Shown here: positions 28,690-44,002 of the stretch, in pieces | Layout of the letters: the number at the start of each line of letters is the position of its first letter | Position numbering within the stretch: the first letter of the stretch is position 1 | NCBI GenBank assembly: GCA_964016885.1 | Contig: OZ024751.1 | Location: 12,214,001-12,278,000, forward strand | Origin: Eledone cirrhosa | Taxonomy: Eukaryota | DNA: 64,000 nucleotides | Direction: 5' to 3' | Translations under genes and position numbers: made by a program | Notes under the pieces: generated by a model | Told to the model about the DNA's origin: nothing | Seen by the model: the letters and a program-made list of their open reading frames with translations, nothing else | Database searches by the model: none

Positions 28690-30850
28690 ACATACACACA
28701 TATCTACAAGGCCCAATACATATAGACACGCAAGCACACACAAACATACACACATATCTACAAGGCCCAACACATATAGACACGCAAGCACACACAAACA
28801 TACACACATATCTACAAGGCCCAACACATATAGACACGCAAGCACACACAAACATACACACCATATCTACAAGGCCCAATACATATAGACACGCAAGCAC
28901 AGACAAACATACACACATATCTACAAGACCCAATACATATAGACACGCAAGCACACACAAACATACACACATATCTACAAGGCCCAACACATATAGACAC
29001 GCAAGCACACACAAACGTACACACATATCTACAAGGCCCAACACATATAGACACGCAAGCACACACAAACATACACACATATCTACAAGGCCCAACACAT
29101 ATAGACACGCAAGCACACACAAACATACACACATATCTACAAGGCCCAACACATATAGACACGCAAGCACACACAAACGTACACACATATCTACAAGGCC
29201 CAACACATATAGACACGCAGCACACACAAACATACACACATATCTACAAGACCCAACACATATAGACACGCAAGCACACACAAACATACACCATATCTAC
29301 ACGGCCCAACACATATAGACACGCAGAACACACAAACATACACACATATCTACAAGGCCCAATACATATAGACACGCAAGCACACACAAACATACACACA
29401 TATCTACAAGGCCCAACACATATAGACACGCAAGCACACACAAACATACACACCATATCTACAAGGCCCAACACATATAGACACGCAAGCACACACAAAC
29501 GTACAGACATATCTACAAGGCCCAACACATATAGACACGCAAGCACACACAAACATACACACATATCTACAAAGCCCAACACATATAGACACGCAAGCAC
29601 ACACAAACATACACACATATCTACAAGGCCCAACACATATAGACACGCAAGCACACACAAACGTACACACATATCTACAAGGCCCAACACATATAGACAC
29701 GCAAGCACACACAAACATACACACATATCTACAAGGCCCAACACATATAGACACGCAAGCACACACAAACATACACACATATCTACAAGGCCCAACACAT
29801 ATAGACACGCAAGCACACACAAACATACACACATATCTACAAGGCCCAACACATATAGACACGCAAGCACACACAAACGTACACACATATCTACAAGGCC
29901 CAACACATATAGACACGCAGCACACACAAACATACACACATATCTACAAGCCCCAACACATATAGACACGCAAGCACACACACACATACACCATATCTAC
30001 AAGGCCCAACACATATAGACACGCAAGCACACACAAACATACACACATATCTACAAGGCCCAACACATATAGACACGCAAGCACACACAAACATACACAC
30101 ATATCTACAAGGCCCAACACATATAGACACGCAAGCACACACACACATACACCATATCTACACGGCCCAACACATATAGACACGCAAGCACACACAAACA
30201 TACACCATATCTACAAGACCCAACACATATAGACACGCAAGCACACACAAACATACACACATATCTACAAGGCCAAACACACATAGACACGCAAGCACAC
30301 ACAAACATACACACATATCTACAAGGCCAAACACACATAGACACGCAGAACACACAAACATACACACATATCTACAAGACCCAACACATATAGACACGCA
30401 AGCACACACACACATACACCATATCTACACGGCCCAATACATATAGACACGCAAGCACACACAAACGTACACACATATCTACAAGGCCCAACACATATAG
30501 ACACGCAAGCACACACAAACATACACACATATCTACAAGGCCCAACACATATAGACACGCAAGCACACACAAACGTACACACATATCTACAAGGCCCAAC
30601 ACATATAGACACGCAAGCACACACAAACGTACACACATATCTACAAGGCCCAACACATATAGACACGCAAGCACACACAAACGTACACACATATCTACAA
30701 GGCCCAACACATATAGACACGCAAGCACACACAAACATACACACATATCTACAAGGCCAAACACACATAGACACGCAAGCACACACAAACATACACAAAC
30801 ATACACGCATATCTACAAGGCCAAACACACATAGACACGCACACTCACAC
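28690..30850. repeat. Minisatellite, 54 bp unit, about 40 copies
   Basis: Unit acacacatatctacaaggcccaacacatatagacacgcaagcacacacaaacat. Confidence 0.95.
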
Positions 30851-31333
30851 AAACAAATCAAAAACCTATACAGAAATTACAAAACCCCAATTAAAAACAA
30901 ACAGAATAAACTGCTGGAAGGATATAATGTTCACCAGTTTACCGAATTCATTGCTATTTCTGTTCCTGACAGCATTAATAATTGTGGTTAAGTCTCACTT
31001 GAACGAGATGAGGATGTTACTCGAGCGTTAACTGATGGCGGCATTTTTGTCGGCCATGTTGGTATTTTCAATTTGTTTGATGTGTCACTGGCCTCTTTAT
31101 CGAATCCCAAAGACTATTCAACGCAGTTATCTGGCTAAATCAAGCGGAGAGGACTTCACAAAGCTAATACGTATGCATGTAAGCAAGGGATATGTGTAAT
31201 GCATGTACGCAAGGGATGTGTATAATGCTGTGAGTATATTGATAGATAAGTATGTACGCATGTCTGTATAGAGAAAGATAGATAGATAGAAAAATCGATG
31301 AAGGGATGAAGGACTTGATTTCATGAAACGATA

Positions 31334-31402
<69 letters not shown>

Positions 31403-31442
31403 CTACATATTTAGGTGGGAATAATTCAGTCACTCTCTTTCT

Positions 31443-31514
<72 letters not shown>

Positions 31515-31598
31515 AAGTAAACATGTATATATGCATATCGATACATATGTGCATACATATATCTTTCTGTGCCTGCGTGTTTGTTTCTGTATGTATGA

Positions 31599-31675
<77 letters not shown>

Positions 31676-31774
31676 AGGGATATGAGGGTTTGCGAATGTT
31701 TATATACGATTGCTTTTGTGTTTGTATGTGGTGTGTGTGTGTGTATGCGTATGTGTGGGTGGGTGTGTTTGATA

Positions 31775-31940
31775 GATTTCAACATAGCGTACCCTTCTTC
31801 ATGTAGATTAGCTAGTTATATCAACGCTGTAAGGCTCATTCAGCGTGTATGCATCAGTGTCTTTGCATGTTTATGATATGACTTTCTTCATGTTTGGAGT
31901 GCAGCTATAACTGACTTTCATAACGTTTCTGTTGAAAATG
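31775..31940 (-). pseudogene. Penelope-like element ORF remnant (linker between RT and GIY-YIG endonuclease)
   Basis: Minus strand 31939-31874 translates IFNRNVMKVSYSCTPNMKKVIS, matching the recalled PLE motif 'IFNRNTVKVSYSCxPNM..II'. Decayed GIY/YIG-like codons follow. Confidence 0.7.
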
Positions 31941-32715
31941 CCCATGTTTACCCCACCAATGCCAAGATAATTTACTTCATGTTGGTAGATACATTTTATG
32001 AACTCGCGGTAGGAACCAAATAATGTTGTATCGATTGTTCTTTGTTTAGGACAGTGTGTAAGCCTCCTTCTTCGGTGGTATGGTGTTGGTAACAGTAGTG
32101 GTGTGTTGGTGTTGGAGTTTTTCTTCTTCTTCTTCTTCTTCTTCTTCTTCTTCTTCTTCTTCTTCTTCTTCTTCTTCTTCTTCTTCTTCTTCTTCTTCTT
32201 CTTCTTCTTCTTCTTCTTCTTCTTCCTGAGAGGGTCATGGAGGCAGAGTCCTCAAACACACTTCCCAGCGGCTCCTGTCAGAAGCATCCGTCTCCAACTG
32301 ATCCGGCTGGATACCCAAGCAAACTCAGTCAAGCTCATGGATATTATCCAAATATATTTTTCGGTGTATAAGCCATATACTTAATTTGTCTACGGATTCC
32401 TACAACACGATTGTGGTATGGGACGGCTTTGTTCTGGATCGATCTACTAATATTATCAACAAGACTTCTGAAAACTGTGGATTGGAGACATAATTTAATA
32501 GTAACATAATTCAGTTATGTTTGGTATAGGTATGCTAGGTGTGTAAGATAAGAGTGACATTGAGGGAACTTGCAATTTCTTCAATGTGATGCAAATATAT
32601 ATACTCGTATGTGTTTCTATATATATATGTAAAAGGTAAACAGAAATAACAACACAATCGGTAGAGTATGTCGAAGGAATATATTATGTTAACGCTTGAT
32701 ATAGCAGGAAGAGGG

Positions 32716-32751
32716 TCTTAACGTATCGGACGCTAGTCCTTCATCAGAAGA
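32716..32751 (-). ncRNA. Degenerate minimal hammerhead motif, tail to (TA)n at about 32620
   Basis: Minus strand reads tctt-CTGATGA-aggac tagc gtcc-GATACGTT-aaga (A14>U). Confidence 0.55.
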
Positions 32752-32961
32752 AAGAATGAGGAATGAGATAGATTGAGGGGACGGGCGGGTTGGAATTGGA
32801 ACAAATGTATTTAGATAAAAATATAAATAGACAACGAATTGTAACGTCCAGTTACTATGGGTTAACCAGAGTGAGCAGTCGATGCCTAGTTCCCAATAGG
32901 TGTATCAGCAGAGTGTAATACTACTAATAATAAAAATGACGAAGTGTTAGATCTTGGTTAT

Positions 32962-33078
32962 GTTTATTGAGGTGTTTATTGAAGTCCGACGAACTGTTGA
33001 CCCCAGAGTCGGGCCAGATCGATGCTGATCGGGCGTTGAACTGATCAATCGCGAAACGCGTATCACCCCTCAATAAAC
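32962..33078 (+). ncRNA. Degenerate hammerhead motif with outer stem
   Basis: gtttattgagg (32962) pairs with cctcaataaac (33068). CCGACGA at 32986; GAAACGCGTA at 33053 contains the palindrome ACGCGT. Confidence 0.5.
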
Positions 33079-33121
33079 GTAATGAAGATGTAGCATTTCA
33101 TCCTTTTTATTATTATAGGTA

Positions 33122-33218
<97 letters not shown>

Positions 33219-33596
33219 GCGTGTGTAAAAATATGTATGATTTTACAGTTTTATTTCTTTAACTGTATGCGACTTTAATCATTATATATTGCATGACATA
33301 TGCTACGGTGAACACTGTATGTGTATGTCTATGTATAATAAAGCTTGTCAGCCATTACTCATCAGCAGCAGCCTGTTTATGTCAAGTGCAGACATTTTAG
33401 TTTGACATTGCCCAATAACAGCTTCTTTTGGCTGAAATATATTATCTCTTCTACTCCTTACCATCCTTTCACGCCCTCAGACTCTCCAATTTCTCACTCA
33501 CTCTGGACCTTTATATACATAGATAAATACACACACACATATATATATATATACGTACACATATAAATATATATATACGTACACATATAAATATAA

Positions 33597-33628
<32 letters not shown>

Positions 33629-33645
33629 TTAAAAGAATAGAGGTG

Positions 33646-33677
<32 letters not shown>

Positions 33678-33711
33678 ATATATATATATATATATAAATA
33701 TATATATATAC

Positions 33712-33743
<32 letters not shown>

Positions 33744-33787
33744 GTGTGTGTACACATATAAACATATATATATGTATATATACACAC

Positions 33788-33821
<34 letters not shown>

Positions 33822-34013
33822 CTGTGTACACATATAAATATATATATATGTATATATACACACACACATATATATATATATATTTGTGAGTACGTGTAAT
33901 TTATGTATATGTATGTATATATATATTTTTTTCTCTTTCTGTTTCAATATCCTTTCTTCATTATATTCTATTGTTCTCTCCACCAATAACTTGCACTGTC
34001 TCTTCTCTCCCTT

Positions 34014-34095
<82 letters not shown>

Positions 34096-34203
34096 TATAT
34101 CGCCTTCTCTCTATTCTATGTCATATCTTCTATTTCCCAGCCAACCCTTTATCTTCTCTTTACATGTTCTATCCTCTTTCAATTTTGTCTCTGCTGTTCA
34201 CTT

Positions 34204-34287
<84 letters not shown>

Positions 34288-34391
34288 ATCTACCTATCTA
34301 TATCTCTCTCTACTTTTCTCTCTCTCATGCTCTCTCTCTCCTTCTCCCTTTTTCTCTCTCTCTCCTCTCTCTTTCTCTCTCTCTCTATCTA

Positions 34392-34424
<33 letters not shown>

Positions 34425-34694
34425 CTCTCTCTCCTCTCTCTCATTCTCATTCTCTCTCTCACACTCTCTCTCTCTCTCTTCTATTAATCCCCTTTTCAAT
34501 GATTTTCTTCACCCTTATGGATTTATCAATAACTAATTGTCTCCCCCTCTCCCTCTCCCTGTCCGTCTACCTCTCACTTTCGTCCCCTTTAATCTCTTTT
34601 TTTTCCATTCTTTCAATATGTATCTCACTCTCTCTCTCTCTCCCTGAGTGCCTCTTCTCTCATTTTACTCCCTCTCTGACACATACACATACTC

Positions 34695-34755
<61 letters not shown>

Positions 34756-34900
34756 GTTACATATACAATTATATTACATACATACACACACGCACACATA
34801 TATATATATATATTATATACATACATATATATATATATATTATATTATATACATACATAGAATATATATATATATATACAATTATATTACATACATAGAA

Positions 34901-34955
<55 letters not shown>

Positions 34956-35000
34956 TTATATATACAGTTATATTACATACATATATAGAATATATATATA

Positions 35001-35057
<57 letters not shown>

Positions 35058-35224
35058 TGTATATATATATATATCTATTTAAGATTATCCCTCGCTCACA
35101 GCTTCTTTCTCATTTACTCTCACTTGCTTCTTTCTCTCTCATTCTCTCTTTCTTTCTTTCTCTCTCACTATCTCTTCCTTTCTCTCTCACTCTCTCTTCC
35201 TCTCTCTCTCTCTATCACTCTTTC

Positions 35225-35266
<42 letters not shown>

Positions 35267-36417
35267 CCTCTCTCTCTCTCTCTATCTCTCTCTCAACGTG
35301 ATTAATCGTACAGGAAGCATTGGAAAGAGAACTGATCTATATAAGGCGTTAACCTAGATTGTTCTAGACGATTCCTTGAACCTAACATCGCCATTGATTT
35401 GGCCGGGGTCATGCCTCTGTCAGAGAGAAGGTCACACCCGGCTCAGCACGATCTTATAACGCCTAGCTTCATCATTGTAGACTGGAGCACGAAGAAGCCA
35501 TGGATGGAAACAGGGAAGGAATGAGAGGAGAGAAGAAGTAAGACAAGGAGAAAGATCAGATTGGGAAAGAGAAGAGGAGAATGAGGTGTAGGAGGAGGCG
35601 GAGGAGGGGGAACTTTAGAAAAATACAGCTCTTCTTTCAGTCAATGGATTGACACTTTTAATATATTCCGAGTATTGTACTAGTCGTCGCCATCTCCTTC
35701 ATCGTTTTTGTTGTTGTAGTTGATGATGATGATGATGATGATGATGACATGGGGGCGGAGGAGGAGGAAGGGAGAGGAGTATGATGAAGTTATTGCTGTT
35801 GATGGTGGTGGATGTGGAGGTGGAGGTGGTGGTGATCATTGTCGTGTCGGTGGTAACGTTGTAGTTTATGGCGATGATGGTGTTCAATATGATGATGATG
35901 ATGAGGTATAGGAAGAGGGGGGGGGGAGATTGGTGAAGTTATTGTTGTTGTTGATAACGATGATGATGATTAGGCGGAGAAGGTGGAGGAGGGGTCATGG
36001 TGGTGGTCATTGTCGTGTCGATGGTAATGTCGTTGTTCTTGTAGTTGTTGTTGTTGTTGTTGTTATTGTTGTAGTTGGTGTTGTTGTTGTTGTAGTAGTT
36101 GTTGTTGTTGTTGGTGGTGGTAATGTTGTAATTGTTGTTGTTGTTGTTGTTTTAGTTGGTGGTGTTGTTGTTATTGTTGTAGTTGGTGGTGTTGTTGTTG
36201 AAGTTGTTGTTGTTGTTGTAGTTGTAGTTGTTGTTGGTGGTGGTGATGTTGCTCTTGAAGTTGTTGTCGTTGTTGTAGTTGGTGGTAATGTTGTTGATGA
36301 TGATGAGGTGTAGGTGGAGGAGGAGTATGGTGAAGTTATTGTTGGTGGTGGTCATCGTCATGTTGTTTGTAATGTTGTTGTTGTTGTTGTTCAGATGTAT
36401 TGCTATTGTTAATATTA

Positions 36418-36857
36418 TGGATTGGCAGTACCGGTAGAGCATCGGGCAACAATTTTGTTATGACTTAGAGTTAAGTCCCTTTACGTTCTGGTTTCAAATC
36501 CCGTTGAAGTAAGCGTTGACTTCCATCCTTACAAGGTCGATAAAATAAAGTACCAGTCATACACTGGTTTCGATTTAATCGACATTACTCTCCCAAATAA
36601 TTGTTGGCCTTGTATCTAAATCAAAAGCCATAAATATTATACTTATTTGGCAGTATCGGTAGAGTGTTGGAAATCACGATTGGGTATAGAGTTACGTCCC
36701 TTTAGGTTCTGAGTTCATATACCGTTGAGGTTAGCGTTGCTTTTCATCCTTACGAGGTCGGTAAAATAAAGTACCAGTTATGCACTGGGGTGGATTTAAT
36801 GGAAGTTCCCCTATCTCCAAAATTGCTGACCTTGTGCCTAAAATAGAAACTTTAATT
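36418..36857 (+). mobile_element. Tandem pair of SINE family 1 copies (more diverged)
   Basis: 36418-36640 and 36647-36857 match the consensus. Confidence 0.8.
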
Positions 36858-36967
36858 ATTATCATTATATGATTGAGTTAATGGAGTATTGAAGTTAATG
36901 ATAAAAGATGAGGAATAGAAGTGATAGCAGCAGCAGCAGTAGTAGCAGCAGTAGTAGCAGCAGCAGC

Positions 36968-37001
<34 letters not shown>

Positions 37002-37034
37002 TCAGGGGCAGCACTAGCGGCAACAGCAGTAGGG

Positions 37035-37116
<82 letters not shown>

Positions 37117-37149
37117 AAATGATAATAATATTAATAATAATAATAATAA

Positions 37150-37358
37150 TTGCTTCTTTTATATAGGCACTAGGCCAGCAACTTTGGGGTAGGGTAAAGT
37201 CGATTAAATCGACCCCAGTGCGTGACTGGTATTTTATTTTATCGACCCCGTCAGGATGAAAGGCAAAGCTAACCTCGGCCGGATTGAACTCAGAACGTAA
37301 AGGGCCATAACTCTATGAGACAGAGCATGGCGTCCATCAATCTACCGATTCATGCCAA
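37150..37358 (-). mobile_element. SINE family 1 copy with (ATT)n tail
   Basis: Full-length match including the cgattaaatcgaccccagtg segment. Confidence 0.85.
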
Positions 37359-37748
37359 TAATAATAATAATATTACTACAAGTTGTTGTAGTAACAGTAG
37401 TAGAAAGAAAAACCTGAGAATTACTATTATTATTAAAGAGTTCCTTATATTTATATTGTCATCATCATAGTTATAATAGCTACCATTGATGCTGTTGTTG
37501 TTGTTGTTGTGGTTTTGTAAATATTTCTGTAAAATATTTTTACATCGAAAAAGCGATATTGATTTCCAATCTTCGATCAGCACCGAAAAACAACGGTTCA
37601 TAAAGAGCATAAATAAACGTTTGTGTATTAAAAATATATTATTAGAATCTCTCTCTATATATATATACTATTATATAACAATTATATATATATATAATAT
37701 TATTCAAAATACTATATATGTATATATATATACATACACGTATGTGTG

Positions 37749-37781
<33 letters not shown>

Positions 37782-37806
37782 CACACGCATGTATGTATAT
37801 ATATAT

Positions 37807-37853
<47 letters not shown>

Positions 37854-37961
37854 GTATGTATGTATATATATATGTATATATGTATGTATGTGCATATATA
37901 TATATATATATTATGTATGTATGTCTTTATATATATATATATGTATTTATGTATGTATATG

Positions 37962-37992
<31 letters not shown>

Positions 37993-39683
37993 ATGTACGT
38001 GTGTGTGTATGTGTAATCTAGGAAGTTATTTAATCAGCAAGCAAATGCTTAAGATCAGAAGATATCAATGAAAATACAATTTAGATTTCAATTGTTTTTT
38101 TAATGTGCTACGTTTATGACAGACTGTTTATATATACAACCATATATATATATATATACAAAAAGATGTAGAAAGATATACAAATAGATAAACCGATATA
38201 TAGATCGATAAAGAGATAGATAGATATATAGATACATTTACTCACACATACACAGAATAATATACTATAAATACTTATATATTGATATGTATATATACAT
38301 CTATACTTACAGTATACCTATGTGTATGTATATATAAACTTTTCTATGTATATATTTATATACCAATTATGTATTTATAAACTTTTGAATATGTGTATAT
38401 GTATGCATACATATATATATATGTGTGTGCGAGTGCGTGTGCATACACACATACACAGACTCACATACATATATATATAGAGAGAGAGACACATAATTAC
38501 ATATATGTGTGAGTAATGTATCCATGTGTGGGTACGTGTGAGTGTGTTTGTGTAAGTCTGCGTGTTTAAGTGTATATATTTCAGCGAAATAATATCGAAA
38601 ATAATATTAAACGCCTTTGCAATGTTTCTTTACAACAATTAATATTTTGAGAAATACGGAAAAATATAACAATAAAATACGAATTAAATATCAAAACAAA
38701 AATAAAACATTCATTTGAGAACAGAAAAAAAAATGGCTGCCGTTGATTTCTCAGTCATATTTGCTTTTTCTGTTTAGAGTTTCGAAAATTTCGCAGTGCA
38801 TGTTGGGAAATATTTACAATTTTAGTTCAGTTCGAGAAACGAATACGAGATTTTGTTTAAGATATTTTTTTGTTTAAATTTCTATTAATATTTATATTTT
38901 TATTATATTTGATTTTGTTATTTTGTTTTAATTTCTATTTCTATTTTTTATTTCTATTTTGTTTTATTTTATTTTGTTGTTGTAATTTTTCGATTCAGTT
39001 TTAACAAATTGCCCTTAATTGAAACGAAATATTCTCGATTGCATTCACGTAATTATAACTCTCTGTTTACTCTTCATTTCTATCTCAATCACTCTCTTTC
39101 TCTCTTTTTCTCTTTCTTCCCTGTGTACATATGTGTGTGTGCAAATGCGTATTTATGAGCTTATGTATGTACGTGAGTATGTACCTAAGTATGTACCTAT
39201 ATATGTACGTATGTATGTAAGCATGTATGTATGTGTGCACATATGCATACATGAGTGTATGTATATATTTCTGTATGTAGGCTTGTATGTTTGTATGCAT
39301 GGAGGTATTTATATTTTAATATATATATATATATATACATTAATATGTTTGTGTGGTGTGTGTAAGCGCGCATATGTATGTTTTAGTTGTTATATACAAG
39401 CATCTAGAATGGATAGGCACACACAAACACTCACTCACACATACACGCATACAACCACACACACACATAAATAAATATATATATATATATATATTGGTAT
39501 TTAATAATTTCACCTGTGTGTTTTGCATTTAATATTAAGTATACAGTCAATTCTATGAAACAGTAGGCAATGAACTTTTCAGTAATTTGAGTTTCTGTAC
39601 ATGTCATTTCCTGGTCTTTTCACTTCGAGAATAGCAACTCAACCTGAGATCTCTGTGTGAGTGTTATCTGTGTGTGTGTGTGT

Positions 39684-39730
<47 letters not shown>

Positions 39731-40039
39731 TGGGTGTGTGTGTGTGTGTGTGTGTGTGCCTGTGTGTGTGCGTGCGTGCGTGTATATATATATATATGGG
39801 GGTGTATGTCTGTACACATATATATATATATGTATGTATATATGTTTAAATATGTGTATGTATGTGCTTGTAACTCGCGTTGGTTTCAAACAAGCTCCAT
39901 CGGGACATTGGTGCATAGCGTGACTTGGGCAAAATTGTAAACCTGGATATTTCTTGTGAGGGAGAAAGGGTTATAGAGAAGAAGACAGCCGATTCCTTTC
40001 AGAAAAAGAATTTAAAAGAAAGATATATTGAGGAAGAAT

Positions 40040-40320
40040 CAACCTCAGTACTTGAAGTTCACTTTATTTAATCGGCTTTTCAGTAATGAAAGTCAAAGTG
40101 GATCTCGAATGAATTTGAAACAAGATCTTAGATGATTGTAACTAAATACTGAGCCGGGAGAGGATATGGATTTCCTCCGGGTTATAAATGCTCATCACGA
40201 AACGCCCTATGTCATTAGGGCACTTCTACGACTAGAATAGGAGTTAGGGGTCCATATATATAGCAAAATACTGCAATGCATTTCATCCGATGCACTAACG
40301 AACTTGCCAAACCTCCGCCC
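40040..40320 (-). mobile_element. Old SINE family 1 copy split by an insertion of about 110 bp (40150-40260)
   Basis: Body at 40040-40150 and head at 40262-40320 are decayed matches; aaatactg occurs on both sides of the insert. Confidence 0.5.
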
Positions 40321-40757
40321 TCGCGCAAGTCAAGATAATGTTTCCATATTTAACACAGAATGATAGACTGATAAAGTCGAACGTTACATTTAGATTCGAC
40401 CAATTTTCCATCTAAATATTTTACGTGAAGATTCTAATCGTTATTTTAATGTTCTCTCTCCATTAAATATGTTAAAACTAAACTTAACTATTGTCTTATC
40501 ATGCGGATGACATTTCTGAATTAATTATTCTTTGAGAACTACAGCCAGCTGGGAATTATATCCATTAGCTGTTGTACTGGGTCATCAGAATGTGACCGTT
40601 GAAAATAATCGCGGGATTCGTATTTCTACCGTATCACATGTTTAATGTTTTACCGCCAAAGATAACGGTTAATAATGTACACAGGAAGTTCACCGATCTG
40701 TGACTACCAAGACGCATGTCTGTCCATTGATCCTTTCATTTATTGCATTTATTTGTT

Positions 40758-40834
<77 letters not shown>

Positions 40835-40850
40835 ATGTATATGTATATAT

Positions 40851-40882
<32 letters not shown>

Positions 40883-40934
40883 ATCTATAATATACATATA
40901 TATGTGTGTGTGTATATATATTTATCTCTCTCTC

Positions 40935-40994
<60 letters not shown>

Positions 40995-41332
40995 TATATG
41001 TATATATATATATATATGTATGTATGTATGTATGTGCGTTTTGGTGTCGTGTGTGCTTTATTTGTTTGCTCGTTTAATGGGCATGTGTCCGTATATATGT
41101 GACCTTGTGTATATGTGCGTGTATGCGTGTATATGAATGAGCTTTGGCAAGGACGCGCGTGTGTTTAAGTATGCGTAAAACTTTATTCGGTTAGTGTTTG
41201 CTATATTTTTATAATGGAGTGTAAGAGAATATCGCAAAGCATGCTGGGAACTGATCACAACAACAACATCAGCAACACACTTCCCTACACAGGCAACTAT
41301 ATACGCATTTAGAACAATAATATGAATAAATA

Positions 41333-41368
<36 letters not shown>

Positions 41369-41669
41369 GTCAATACGCATCTTTTTCCATTTTCCAAAGG
41401 GTTTTAAACCCCACTATCAGGCTAAATAATTTCTTTAGTCAAAATTCGGCGAGAGCTTACATTTATAATAATTTCAAACCCGTTAGCTGTTTCAAAAATA
41501 TTCTTACTCTATATATATATATACGTATATATATACATATATATATAGGTGCAAACTTCATTACTTTATAGGGTTTATTCTTTATTTCACTGTACAGGAA
41601 ATCGTACCGTGCCTTTCCGTACACCTACTCGCATGTTCCTTCTAGAATTTACTATTCATTTGTTTTTAG

Positions 41670-42268
<599 letters not shown>

Positions 42269-42340
42269 TATGGATATATATATGCATATATATGGATATA
42301 CACACATATATATGCATATGTATATCCATATATATATATA

Positions 42341-42407
<67 letters not shown>

Positions 42408-42696
42408 ATATATATATCCATATATATGTATATATGCATATATAAATATATATATATATATATATATGCATATATATATGTATATATATATGGATATATA
42501 AATGTATATATATGCGTATATAAATGTATATATATATTTATATATATATATATGCATATATAAATGTATATATATGTACATATATATATAGAGAGATATG
42601 GATATGTAAATGTATATATAGATATGTGGATATGTAATGTATATATAGATATATAAATGTATATATATATATGCTTATATATATATGCTTATATAA

Positions 42697-42751
<55 letters not shown>

Positions 42752-42973
42752 TATATAGAGATGTACATATATATAGATGTATGGATAGGTAAATGTATAT
42801 ATAGATATATGGATATATAAATGCATATATATATATGCATATGTAAATGTATATATATATATACATATATAAATGCATATATATGTATATGCATATATAA
42901 ATGCATACACATGTACATATATATATATATATAAATGTATATATATGTATATGCATATATAAATGCATACATA

Positions 42974-43081
<108 letters not shown>

Positions 43082-43356
43082 TATATATGTACATATATAT
43101 ATATGCATATATAGATATATGCATATATATAAATATGCATATACATATCTATATGCATATATAAATGCATATATATAAATATTCATATACATATATACAT
43201 ATCTATATATGCATACATATATACACATATACACACAAAAAAGCACACGCACACACCCATATGTATGTGTGTGTATGTGCATGTGTTTCTTGGCTGGTTG
43301 TATTATTTAGTATTATACTTTTAATTTGTTTCTGATCTTCAAATTCGACAGTTTTC

Positions 43357-43428
<72 letters not shown>

Positions 43429-44002
43429 GTTTTGCTGCTGCTATTGTTGTTGTGAATTTTGCTGTTGCTGTTTTTGTCGTTGTTGTTACTGCTGTTGTTG
43501 TGTTGTTATTATTGTTACTCTTGCTGTTTTTACTGTTATTGTTGCTGTTGTTGTTGCATATATCGCTGTTTTTGCTGCTGTTGGCATTGTCGCTGCTGTT
43601 GTTGTTGTTGTTGTTGTTATTGTTGTTGTTGTTGTATTTATTGCTGTTGTTCTTAAGCTGTTGTTATTGTTACAGTTGTTGTCACTGTGTTAGTAGTGTT
43701 GGTGCTGATTGTATTGATGATGGAGGTGGTGATGGTGTTGGTTATGGTGGTCGTGAATATGTCGGTTGTGGTGGAGGTGGATGTGGGGCTGCAGATGCTA
43801 ATTTTTTTATTGTTCTTTTTTTATTCTTTAGTTCTTTATTTTTTGAACGTCAAGAGATGCTAGAGATTCCATGCTTAACGAACAATCAACGGACTTCATC
43901 ACGAATGGTAAATGTCAAAGGCCAGAATAAATCTACGTAAGCATGAGACAGCTTTTTGGTTTTGATTCTGAAGTTAACTTGCGTATTATGATGATAGTCA
44001 CC

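Noticed and set aside
28690-30850. CRISPR-like regular array
   Set aside because: There are no unique spacers and no cas genes; this is a eukaryotic tandem minisatellite.
40495-40600. Minus-strand CTGATGA...GAAA
   Set aside because: No valid NUH with matching stem I. The lone CTGATGA hits at 4431 (minus), 53448 and 63412 were rejected for the same reason.
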